Part shown: positions 49,648 to 61,100 of the stretch, in pieces
Position numbering within the stretch: the first letter of the stretch is position 1
Layout of the letters: every line of letters begins with the position of its first letter
Assembly (NCBI GenBank): GCA_003971905.1
Contig: RSEE01000052.1
Coordinates: 1-64,000 of the forward strand
Length of the DNA stretch: 64,000 bases
Direction: 5' to 3'
DNA from: Moniliella sp. 'wahieum'
Taxonomy: Eukaryota
The notes under the pieces: model-generated
Seen by the model: only the letters and a program-made list of their open reading frames with translations
Told to the model about the DNA's origin: nothing
The model's database searches: none
Position numbers and translations under genes: made by a program

Positions 49648-51460
49648 ATGTCTCTGCCCCTTGCGTCTGAAAATGCGCCGTCCAGCTTCTCGTACAAGTC
49701 CTCCTGTCCCCCCCGACTGCCTTTACCCTGATTCCCCTTCCCCTCCGGCGCCCAATACTGGTGCTTCTTCGCGCCCCCGCCTCTCTACGTCCGGTACATC
49801 GGTACCTCGGGCGGGAGTGCTGCGTCCACGGAGCCGATTACGCTGCCTACGTGGCACGGCTACGTATCGACGACGCAGGATGCGCTGATGCTGATTCAAG
49901 CGTCCAAGCAAGGTCTGCTACCCTCGTATGCAACGCCGTCTCAAAGAAGAGGAGCGCGCCCACCTCATCTGTTCCGGGCAGGTCTTCATCTTTGACGAGG
50001 GGGAAACGACGGTTCGACGATGGACCGATGGGTTGGCTTGGAGTCCCAGTCGGATCCTACAGAATTTCCTGGTACGTCTCCCGTCCTTTTTTTTGCCTGG
50101 TCGGGGCACGTGGCACGTGGAAGACCCAACCCAGCTGACCAGGCAGGCGTCACCCGTCGGACAATGCCATGTAGGTGTATCGTCAAGTCAACAAGAAAGC
50201 TCGTGCCCGCCCTCGTAGTTCCCTGGAGTCCCCACGAGAAGCTGAACCGCGCTCTCCCCTCCAACTCGAAACGCAGCCCCTCTCTGATGCGGAGGAAAAA
50301 GCAGCGTCCCGTTCGCTTCGAACCTTTCAACCCTCCGCTCCCGACGCTGGCACTGCCACCGCCACCGCCGAGAGCAAGGGGAATACCCGACCGATCCACC
50401 TTTTCCCCATCCCAACTGGTGCGATCGCTTATGCGCCCGCTGCCCCGTTGCCCAACGGTGAAAGGATCCCATCGCTTGGTCCGGCTTTGAGTTCCGCGCT
50501 GCCCCTGGCGCCCGCGCGTCCGCCTAAGCGCAAATCTACGTCTTCTCGCTCTTTGACCACTCCACCAGTTCCAATCCCTTGTTTGTCGAGAATGGGCTGT
50601 ACAAAAAGTACGTGCGTTTGATTGTCATGTTCTTCTCCTGTGCGATCCCAGTCACGGGGGTGCTAACCTTGCTCGTCATTGTCCTTCTCTTTCCGGCCTT
50701 TTGTTGTTGTTGTTTTTATCTGTTGGGCCTGCAGACCATCTCAGTTGGCGCGAGTGGTCACCAAATCATTTGATCGCATACTATACCCTGCAGGACGTGC
50801 AATTAGGTCGGCTGCCACGCCCGTCGTCCCAGGCGGACCTGTGCTCGCTGTCAGTTTCTCAAGACCTGCTCAAGGCCGCCTTGGACCTCCGCTTCCCGCC
50901 CAAGGTGACTGAGACCGAAGGAACGTTACACTACGTGGGCGAAAGCGAAGTGGGCGATATTCCCGCCAGCTTCTTACCGGATCTGGAAGCCTGGCTTGGT
51001 CCCACGCCATGGCCCTCGCCTTCGCTATCCCAATCCCCAATCTCAATCGCAATCGCACTCGCAATCGCCGCATTCGTTCGATCCTGTCGTGACGAGCTTA
51101 GCGTTCCCCTCCTGTCCTGCGGCGCTTGTACCTGATCTGCGTCGGCATCTGCTTCTGCTTCTGCCTCTGCCTCTGCCTCTGCTTCTGCCTCTGCACCTGC
51201 ACCTGCGCCGCACCAACCATTTCACAACACTGCACCTTACTTCCGATCGCGGTTTTTCTCCTACTACGATCCCACCCTGTCCCGTCCACGTCCCCCCCGC
51301 ACCCGCCGGGTCAATTTTGTTTCCCCCCTCGGGCCTGCCTGCGGATTTCTGGCCCAAGGAGAACTAGGGTACAAAATCCCATCCCTTCCTTTGGCATTTC
51401 CTTTGACCGGTAGACGGCCTAGGGGCCCCTGCCCCATGCCAAGCCCTTCCAGTCCATTCT
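49648..51460 (+). CDS. Gti1/Pac2 (WOPR) family transcription factor
   Basis: PTWHGYVSTTQDALMLI, RRLKEEER..ICSGQVFIFDE, RRWTDGLAWSPSRILQNFL|VYRQ (intron about 50072-50175); GLYKK|TISV (intron about 50609-50734); YYTLQDVQLGRLPRPS. The 3' end is uncertain. Confidence 0.88.
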
Positions 51461-52242
51461 AGCCCCCTTCCAGTCCCGCCTCCCGCCCATTCCAGTCCAT
51501 ACCTTCCCGTTCGGCTGTATACCGTGTGAAGCTCCCCCCCCCCTGCCGACCGTATTCCTTCTGGCCCGAGCGCCCCCCTTGATCTCTGATCTGTGTATAC
51601 ATCAAATTTAGTTGCGGCCGTCCTGTCGCTTGGCATGGTGCATTGATTGGCTCCAGGTGTGGCCCGTACGCAGTACATCCCACCTATAGACCTAGACCCA
51701 CTGAAAGTAACGCGCCCATTGCGTTCCTTTCCTTTTTGGGTTCTTGACACGTTTTGGCATGGGAGACGGGTGCAGAAGAGAAGAAATAAGCTCGACTACA
51801 GTCATGTCCAGTCACAAGTCACTGCAGTAGGGAATGTGCATGCCGTGCTATTCTATTGTATAGTTCCTCGCTGTTGATGGCCGCGCAATCGCGTACTTAC
51901 ATGGACATTCTCTCTTGTAGTGTGTTTTGAGTTTTCTCGCTGCCTTCCAACCCAACCACCGTCCAAATACAGAAGAGGTGTAGAGCGCGGTGGTGAAGAG
52001 GAGGCGCTCGCCAAAACACCGAGATGCAACTCCGCCCTTGGTGGTCCCGCTTCACGCTTTTCATCAGACGCTCCCAGCCGGAGATGCGGCCTCGGCGTAG
52101 CGGCCGAGTGGCGGGTTGTCGTAGGTTATGCTTGTGGATGCGAGGAGGGAGGGAAGAGGCGGTGTGACATGTGGCATGCGACATGTGAACGGGTTAGCGA
52201 TGAACTTTGCATCCTCCATCTTCCGTCCTAAGGCCAAAGATC

Positions 52243-52389
52243 TATACTGTAACCACAAATCCTTGAGACAGAGATATTAGGAATGAGACAACAACGAAAC
52301 TACGATGTATCTAAACCGAGCCCCGTTCATCCGGCGTGTGCTGCCTGTTGCTTAGCGCCAAACCCGTTTAAGGAACAAGGGGAATCGCC
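52243..52389 (+). repeat. Dispersed short repeat, copy B
   Basis: TATACTGTAACCA..GACAGAG..TTAGGAATGAGACAAC..TTCATCCGGCGT..TTAGCGCCAAACCCGTTTAAGGAACAAGGGGAATCGCC. Confidence 0.85.
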
Positions 52390-52448
52390 AACAGGAAATC
52401 AGGACCCTCTGATGCCCGTCATCCGTTCCCATACCCTCCGAGGAAGCG

Positions 52449-53865
52449 TGTCACGGGCGGGCGCCGCCAGGGGGCCCGCCCTGGGGTTTTTGGGGTACAA
52501 TCCCTTAGGCGACGGTAGGTCGACTCACGGTAATTTTGGGCTTAGGCTGGTTGTCGTGCGAGCGAACGTTGGCAGGCGGGCCAGCGGAGCTCGTACTCTC
52601 CCCCAAGTCTCAAGGAGGCGAGCATTAGCCGGCGGGCCAACAGCGCCTCTACCCCTTGGTTTCTCTGCTCTCAAGATGGCTTTGACTCGCACCCCCGACG
52701 CTCGAAGGAAGGAGGGGCGTGCGAATGAGAAGAGTTTGGAACCGCGCCTCGACGCTCGAAGGAAGGAGGGCGTGCCAAGTATCCAAGTACCCAGCCCCGT
52801 TCCAAGTTTGGTCGGCGCAGGAAGGAGTTTGACGCCGACCGCATGCCCAAAGACCGAAGGAGAAAAGGGCATACCTCGCGATTGCTTTACCGTAGAAAGG
52901 AGAGATGTGCGCACGGGTATAAGCGTACACTCCTTCACCCCCTCCCCCATTGCTGAAAGAGAGGGAAGCCCATCCATGGAAGGCGTGCGGACACGCCTTG
53001 TGAAGAGGAGCGTAATGTCACGGGCTGCGGCGGATACGAGATGGTCCGACCCAAGCTAAGGCCCGCCTGCTCCGCACATGCCAAGTAGAGCGTGCACCGC
53101 AGGCCAATCAAGTGTGATGATGGTTGGCTAAATTAAGTATCGTGGCCGAAGGGCCATGCTCCGCGCGACAATAGTCGCCCCCGCCCAAGTCCAAGTCGGC
53201 CGGCCTAAATAAGGCCACCGAGCTTCCAGTGCCGTGGCGGCATCTGCCGTCCCGTCCCCGTTTCCGTTTCCTTTCTCGGTCGCGCCTGTGGCGACCAACC
53301 CCGCTTTTGACATGTCTTCCTTTCTACTACACCCCCTCTTGTATCCGTTTCCCTTTGATCCTGCCTGTACCCCTGGTTGATGGGAACTTTTCCCCCCCAC
53401 CTTCCATTCTCGTCATCCTCTCGTCTCCACTTTCGTCCCTTTCCCGCCTATCCTGTCCGACTCCTGCCCGCTTTCCAGCCAATTGATCCAGTACAGGCAG
53501 CTCCTCTTGTTAGCGCCCGACATCTCCTCCGACCTCGTCCTCCAGCCCTTCGTCAGTCCAATCGCGCGAGCCCTCCTTCGGTCGCGGCGATTCCCAGTCC
53601 CAGTTAAGGCAGTGTTTGTCCGCCGCTGCCTCCTCCCGTCCCTAAGTCCCGGAGGCTTCAGACACGTTACTACGGCCCAAGCCGGTGCAGACGCAGCCTT
53701 GCCACACGTGCAGCCGCCCCACCAAAGGCCTCTCCTCGTCCCTAGCTCCGCTCGGACACCCAACCAGCCTAAGCCCGAAACTACCGTGAGTCGACCTACC
53801 GTCGCCTAAGGGATTGTACCCCCAAAACCCCAGGGCGGGCCCCCTGGCGGCGCCCGCCCGTGACA
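52449..53865. mobile_element. Non-autonomous TG..CA element, 1417 bp, with 105-bp TIRs and a 5-bp TSD (AAGCG)
   Basis: 52449-52553 matches the reverse complement of 53761-53865 at 102/105 positions by manual alignment; AAGCG at 52444-52448 and 53866-53870; no recognisable transposase or RT. Confidence 0.9.
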
Positions 53866-53964
53866 AAGCGCGTGTGGATACGGATGAACGTGGTAGATAT
53901 CCGAGCGAGGAACCATCTTCATTGAGATTCAGTATACTCAGTGTACTCAGTATACTAGTCAGTT

Positions 53965-54092
53965 TATACTGTAACCATATCATTGACAGAGCTTAGGTAT
54001 GAGACAACGAAACGCTTTGCCTAACCTGACCTTCATTCGGCGTTTGTTGCTATTGTTGCATGGCAGCGCCGTCTAAGGAACCAGGGAAATCG
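53965..54092 (+). repeat. Dispersed short repeat, copy C
   Basis: TATACTGTAACCATATCATTGACAGAGCTTAGGTATGAGACAACGAAAC..TTCATTCGGCGT..CCGTCTAAGGAACCAGGGAAATCG. Confidence 0.85.
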
Positions 54093-57000
54093 ATGTAAGG
54101 CCTAGTAAGTCTGAAGTACTAAATTCGTTCAAGTGCGTACTACTTCTGGATTCTGAGACTATAGTAAAGCTTCAAGTGACTATTCGTGACTAGTGACTTG
54201 AGAGGCCTGGGATCTGAGAGAGAAGGGCACTCGGGTTCCTAGGTCAGTGACGTACCCCCCCGCCGCATTTGCCCGCATCTTTCCAATTGCAGCCTGGGTA
54301 CCAAACGGATACCAAAAGGGCACCTGCGCTCGGGCGCTCGTCGGACCGAGCCCCGAGATGAAGTGGGGAAAGGGAGTGGCACTCGTCGCGCTGACAAGGC
54401 AGTGAGGGGGGGGGGATTAACTTAACTAACCGTCGACCGTGACTATCTTCTCTTTTTACAATGTGTGGCTGAAATGCACACAAGGCTACTCGGTGCTCCG
54501 TCTGAGTACTCAGTATTCCTCACAGAATGCGTCCTGGGGGGCGGCAGATGAGAGCGGTACGATGAGGGCGCTTTGGGCAGATGCTATCGTAGCACACGCC
54601 ACTGGCACAACACCCACACAACGACAAAAGAGAGAGCTCAGCAGATTGTAGGTGCAGAGTGTATTGCTGGTGGCCACAACCCCCCCCATCCCACGCTTTG
54701 TTTTCTCTCCTCGGCTCGGCTGGCGGCGATGCAGGGAGGGGCCGAGGGTAACGAAGAGAACGTGCTAAGTGCTGCGGAGGTTAAGTGCTGCGGAGGGCGG
54801 AAGAGGCGGAGCGGAAGCGCCGAGGGAGAGCGGAGGTGCGTGCAAGGGCGTCTCTTGGGCAAGCGCTACCTCAGAGTGGGCTGTGGCACCGCGGCGCACA
54901 ACACAGGACTATAGCCATGCCTCGGCCGAGGGCAGGGGGGAGGTGTGTGAGCTGGAAGGGGCGGCGCCATCAATGTTAAACGTTAAACGTGTTAAATGTT
55001 ACTACAAGCGCTGCTGCGCAGGCGCGGGGGCAGTGGCGCCACTGCGCGGCCTTGGCTGCGTCGGCGTGCGTTGGGCGTTTGACCAGGGAGGGTAGCGACC
55101 AGCGCACCTGCCAGGGCCATGCATGGGCCTGCACCACAGGACTGCCAGAACGCATAAGGCTACCACGCCAACCACGCTGCCTCGGCCGACCCAGAAGACA
55201 CGGTGTATATCTCCAGCGCATTACCCGATGCAACAAGCGGCACAAACCCAGCCAAGACCCGCAAACCGAACCAACCAACCCCCACAGAGACAGACCATTA
55301 CAGGACGCAGCACAGACACAACGGCTGGCCTGCCGGCTGCCTGCAGTGGCGCGCCGCGTGCCATGGTTGCGTGTGCCATTCTCCAGGCGAAGGCAGTAAT
55401 TAAGCACTCCGGGCGTGGCCACTCCGTTGTTGGCGCAGGAGGTGCGCTGCACAAAGACACCGCCCTTGCATGCGCATGTGCCCCCTGCATTCTATGCACG
55501 CCGGCCGCAGAGACACACAGCCATCGCAATAACGCGATAAGACATGGGCCAGTTGCACTGTGCAGACCTGCACCCGACTCCTCTCTGTATCGCGACACCC
55601 GCCCTGCCCGCACCTGCCGCATCAGGGCATCCGTGCATTAGGCAGCCTACGCCGCATGCGCTATAAGACCTTAGGCCCTAGGCCTTATAGGCTGTAACCC
55701 AACAGCGTGTTGAGCACCACATGGCACCATTGGCCGCGGGAAGACAACAGCAGTGGCAATGGCAAAGACAGACTGCCATGCACGCCACGCTATTCCCGCA
55801 CCGCACCCATAATTATATGCTCATTCATCGCTCGTCTGTGTTCAGTATCAGTGTAGTTCATGGCGGTTATGCATGATGGAAATGTCCACGTCCTGTCCTC
55901 AGCGCCCTCAGCCTTCGCCCCTACACTCTACACCCCCCCACCCCCACCCAGCTCGGGGGCTCTCATCAATCATCACTCGTATCACTCATCCCTTCTTCTT
56001 CCTCCCTCGCTCGCGTCGCCTCCTTCTCAAAGCACCCCTCAGCCCCCGGCTCTCCTAGCCTGTTCCCTTCTGCCCTCCACCTCCCTCTTTTCTCTCTCCC
56101 ATCCCACATCCAGCATCTGCTTCCTACCCGCACCCGCACTCCCGTCGCTTTCCATCTCTCTATCCACGCCCCCACGCAGTGCACGCCTCGCCCTCATCGC
56201 ACCATGGCTGTCCACTCCCCGGCGCCGCCCTCGCACAGCCACCCCTGCCTATCTGTTGCCGAGAACGAAACCTGCAGCACCGACACACTCTCTGTCTCGA
56301 CGCCCCAGACCGAAGACAATAGGCCGCAACTAAGCCAACTGCCGACCCTCCCCGCAAGCCAACGCTAGCCAACGTATTTGGTCTTCCTGCTCGCCCCGTA
56401 CGCGGCCGGCATGTGCCATTGATGAGCTGCAAGCGCTATTGGATCGTTTGGAGGGCGTTCATCCTCCCCCTCCTCCCCCATCGCCACCGGCACTGCCCCT
56501 GCCCCTGCCTCCCTCTCCCCCAGCACAAGACGGCACGCTAGGAAGGCCGCTTGTCCTTGCTCCGGTAGGCTCGCCCAGTCCCCTCCCCCCGCCGGACGGA
56601 GCAGGACGGCGCGGTTCGGCCGCGTACCGATTGGCACTGTTGTGTGCGGCCGGCCCACCTCTGAGTTCGCCTCCTGCCATTCCGCTTCCTCTGCAGCCCG
56701 GGCAAGAAGTGCTGTCGAGCGCATGGGGGTACGATGAGTCGGACGGACCGCAAGATAAGACGCGTTCCATTCTCCAATGGCGCCAAGAGGTGTTTTTGAG
56801 CCACGGACACGAATGGGAGCGCTGAGTGTCCGGACTTTACCCGGGGAAAGTGGAGGAGAGGCGGTGTTGGCGTATTTGTATATGGCTCTCTTTCCCCTTT
56901 CCCTTGATCCTACATGTACATCTGTACATCTCCTGTGGATATTATGTACGCACGGTTTTCTCGGTTTCGTCAATTGTACCCTCATCGGCATCGCTTTTGT

Positions 57001-58107
57001 TCCTGTTATCATTTCCATGTCTCATCTCCATATCATCCCCCCGCACCATCTACATCCTCTCCCACATTTCTTATTTCCATCCTCTCCATTATCCGGTCTC
57101 CATCCCCGATCGTTGTTCTCTGGCTATACAAAAGGGAGATCCGAATAACCAAACACACACCATATATATATGCTTCGCACAACAGGGATGCGAGCAGACA
57201 CAGTGTAACGGATTCATTCATATGCCTCTACTCTCTCTTTTACCTTTTCTCGGACGTCTAGTCGTTTCGCAGTGTACAGAGACTTGTCCCTCCAACCACA
57301 TCCATATATTACTTGCCATATAGGCCATTTGGGGCGTCACGACCCCATAGCCTCTTTCTCAGCCCATCATCGCAGTATTAGGAATGGCCAATGACATCCA
57401 TCCTACCATACTAACGACCACTATAACGACCACTTCTCGTGCGGGGGGTGGTGCGATCCCAGTCTGTCTTTGTGCATTGTCGGTACGGCAGCTGGAAAAG
57501 GGTGATGGGCAAAACCGTCCTATGTATACAAGTCTTCAGTATCATCGCTGGAAGGGGTGGGAAACACACGCTGTGCAGTATTTAATCCGTCCGCATCCAG
57601 GTTTCCCCTGTGGCTGCAGATACCAGAACACCAATACCACGGGGGAGGGGGGGGTAAGAAAGGGGGGTTAAGTAGGAGGTGAGGCAAAGCAGGGGAGAGG
57701 AGAGTGGTGCGCACTCGCACGTGCTGGCAGGTCGCGAGACCAGTGGCTAGGGTTAGTCGGGGCGGCCGCCGCAGCTGAAGGGGAACCGAAAAAGAAACAG
57801 GAAATGGAACGCAGATGGAAAAGTGGCAGTGCTTACATGATGGGTGGGGGGAGGGCGAGTGGCGCCGTGCGGGGGAGGACAGCGGGGACATGTGACATGT
57901 GATGCATGAGGGGGCAGACGCGTGGGTTATGAGGTGGGAGGTGATGGGATGTGATGGCGGGTGGATGTGATGGGTGCGACGAATGCGATGGCTGTGACAC
58001 CTGGGATGATGCGATGATGCGCTCGTGGGCGTCGGCAGCGCGTAGACGGCTGTGCTCAACACATCTCCTCCTGCTCTTGCCTGCGCCTCGACCGCCGAGC
58101 AGCGCCC

Positions 58108-61100
58108 ATGACCCTCCTCGCCCGCCCCCCCGTCCCCGACCCTGACCCCGACCCCGACCCCGACGCCCTCGCCCTCGCCAGCCTGTACCGCGCTGCCTCC
58201 ACCCGCGCCCACCCGCCCCTCGCCCCCCTGGCCCCACCAGACGGGGCCCGAGGACACCGACGAGGTGGGCAACGGCCAGGTCCCGGCGACGCTGAAGGGA
58301 ATGGCCATCATCAAGGTCAGGGCGACGACGACGACGAGGATGACGACGACGACGAGGATGACGACGACGACGATGAGGAGGACGAGGACGGAGACGCCGA
58401 GCGCGGCGGCCAGTCCCAAGGCCCTGGGCCCGACATGGCCCTGCAGCTGCAGATGCAGCAGCTGCTCCAGACCCAACAGCAGATCCAGCAGCTGCAAGCC
58501 GCCCTCCTCGCCCAAGGACTGCCCGCCCACGTTGTCAACAGCGCCGGTCCCGTCTCTTCTGCCGGCATGCCTGCGCTCCCCTCCGCCCTCACTGCGCCCC
58601 TCGCGCCCCTCGCGCCGCTCACGCCCGACTTGCTCGGCCACTCTCCGCTGCTGCCTCCCGTACTAGGCATGCTGCCCTCCAGCCCCAGCACCATTGGCCT
58701 CGGCGTCGGCTTGGGCGTGGGGCCTGCGGGCTGAGCCTTCCCCATTCAGCCCCCTTGGGCATGCCCACCCTCACTCCCTCTCCCGGCTTGGCGGCGCCCT
58801 CGGCGTTTAGCTCCTCCCCCCTCGCCTCGGCGGGGCTCACGCCTCCCGGGAGATCGCCAGCCACCTGCTCCCGCCCCCCGCTCCCCCTTCCACACGGAGC
58901 CCCCTCCCCTCGCTCGAGCAGCTGCGTGCGCGCATCCTCAATGAGCGGCACCAACAGTCGCTCCGCCGCAGCGCCTCCACCTCGGCCGCGGCTCATGCCG
59001 TCGCGCGGGCGCACGCGTTGGAAAAGCTGATTGGCGTCGGGGCCGGCATTAGCCAGCGCCGCGCTCTTTCCCCTACCGACCACCTTGAGGCCGGGCGGAC
59101 CGGGCGCGGAGAAGAACGCTTCTGGGCCATGCAGGCACATTGGACGAGGTCGAGGCTGAAAACGATGACGACGACGACGATCGTCGCTCGGCCCTCAACC
59201 CCGTTTTGGAGGAAGGGTCGGTCGCCTTGATCGTCACGGGCGACGACGAGACGAGCGAGAACAGTGAGGACGAAGATTTGCGTGGGGATGCGCTGCGGAG
59301 CGAAAAACGAGCGTCGCGCATCCCACTTTCGCAACCGCTTGCCCCGTTCCTGTCGCCACCCAGGGAGACCCTCGACGTCCCCCGTGGCCGACCCTCGTCC
59401 ATCCACCCAATCCGACAAGACTCACAGATGAGCAACGTATCGGACGCATCCTCCTTTGCCCCGCGCCCGTTGTTACGTCGGTCCCGCACCATTGGCGGTC
59501 TGACTGCCATGGCGGAACAAGAACGTCGAGCAGAGTTCCTCGAGTCCCTCCTCACCCCTGAAGAGCGAGGCCAACTTCCGCGCCACTCACCTCCATCTTC
59601 GTCTTCGCCTTCGCCTCCGCCTTCCCCTTCCCCCGCTCCCGCGGGACCCCACCCCGCTTGGCCGCCCGCGCCCAATTGCTGCGCAAGCTTTCCGCTCGCA
59701 CTCCTGCAGGGCGTCCGCCGCAACCCCAACCCCAACTCCAGGGAACACACACGTCTTCCCTTCCTCTCATGCCGAGTTGTTCAGCCCGCCGGAAGGGCAA
59801 GAAGGTACGCCCTCTCGCGATACGTCTTTTGGCCTACTTTACTAACTTTGCCCAAGCCCCACCCATACATGTGAACGATTCGGACGAACGCAAAGCGTAT
59901 CTCTCTCGTCCGCTCTCTCGTCCGCTCTCTCATGCCCGGGACAGAGGCGAGCATGTTGCGTCAACAGTGGCGACGACTCGGAGTTGAGCGAGATCTCGGA
60001 CTCGGAGAATGAGGGTATCGACGATGCATACTTAGCCCGGGTTGATCAGATGGCCGACACGCTCGGTCGGTTCACCGAGGAAAGCACCACGCGCACTCGA
60101 GCTACCAACTCGATATCTTCCAACATGGCGCAGCACCCTCAGTAGCGGCTGGTCCTCGGCACCACCAAACCCATCGCTCGTTCAACTCGGAGCCAGAGCT
60201 GGGGCTAGGCTTCCCCTCCACCAACAATGGTAGCTCGGCTTCCTTATTCATCCTCCGCTCCCGCTCCCTCTCCCGCTGCACGCTCGATCCACTTCCACTT
60301 CGCACATGCCCCCTCCTCCTCCCGTTGCTCGCAGCACCCCCCACAGTCGCACGCAATCGGCCACTTCGCCACTTGCTCCCTTTGCGCACCTGCACCCTTC
60401 GCCACATACCCCCCCTTCGTCTGCTGTGCTTTCCCACCCCCCTTCCCTTGCTCTCCATACGACCCCTAACGGACGATTTTCACGTCTCCCGCCCCTGTTC
60501 CGTTGGACATCCCCCCGGACCATGGTACCAACAACCTTTCTTCTTCCGCCCACCTCTCTCCTACACCGTTACTGGACGTGTCCATCGCCCCTCGCCTCCC
60601 TTGACCACTCCACCCCTCCCTATCTCCCCTCTCACTCCGCCTGCGCGTCCGCACCTTGTTCCCGACCCTGCGACGCACCATGCCGAACGGACCCCACTAA
60701 ACGCCCGACCGCTCTCCCTCATTATTGGGTCGCTCACCATCCCAATCGGCCCGGTTCAAGCGCTCGCTCTTTGGCTCGCTCCGGCGTAAAAAGGCCCCGG
60801 AACCTTTAAGTGTGCCCAGCGCTGCGGACCGCGCTATGCCTTCCTCCTGGCAAGCGCGCCATACGCCCTCCACCACCCCCTTGTCCTCTACCTTGCCCCC
60901 TCCCACCCACTCTGCGCGTCTGCTTAGCCCCGTCTCGCCTTCACCTGACCTGCCATTGGACCCGGGCAATTCGCAACCCACAGGGCTCATCGCAGGGGGT
61001 GGGACTGAGATCCACTCCCACATGGCCCCACTGCGAAGCTATGCCCACCCCTCTCTTCCATCTCCCCTCCCAATGTGCAGGGAATCAGTTCCTTCACTTC

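Noticed and set aside
52280..52302. ATGAG..CGAAAC in repeat copies B and C resembling a hammerhead ribozyme core
   Set aside because: No CUGAUGA box, no stem II, and the motif is absent from copy A.
52283..53059. 258-aa ORF across the element as a transposase
   Set aside because: It starts outside the TIR and has no DDE, RT or gag motifs; a GC-rich chance frame.
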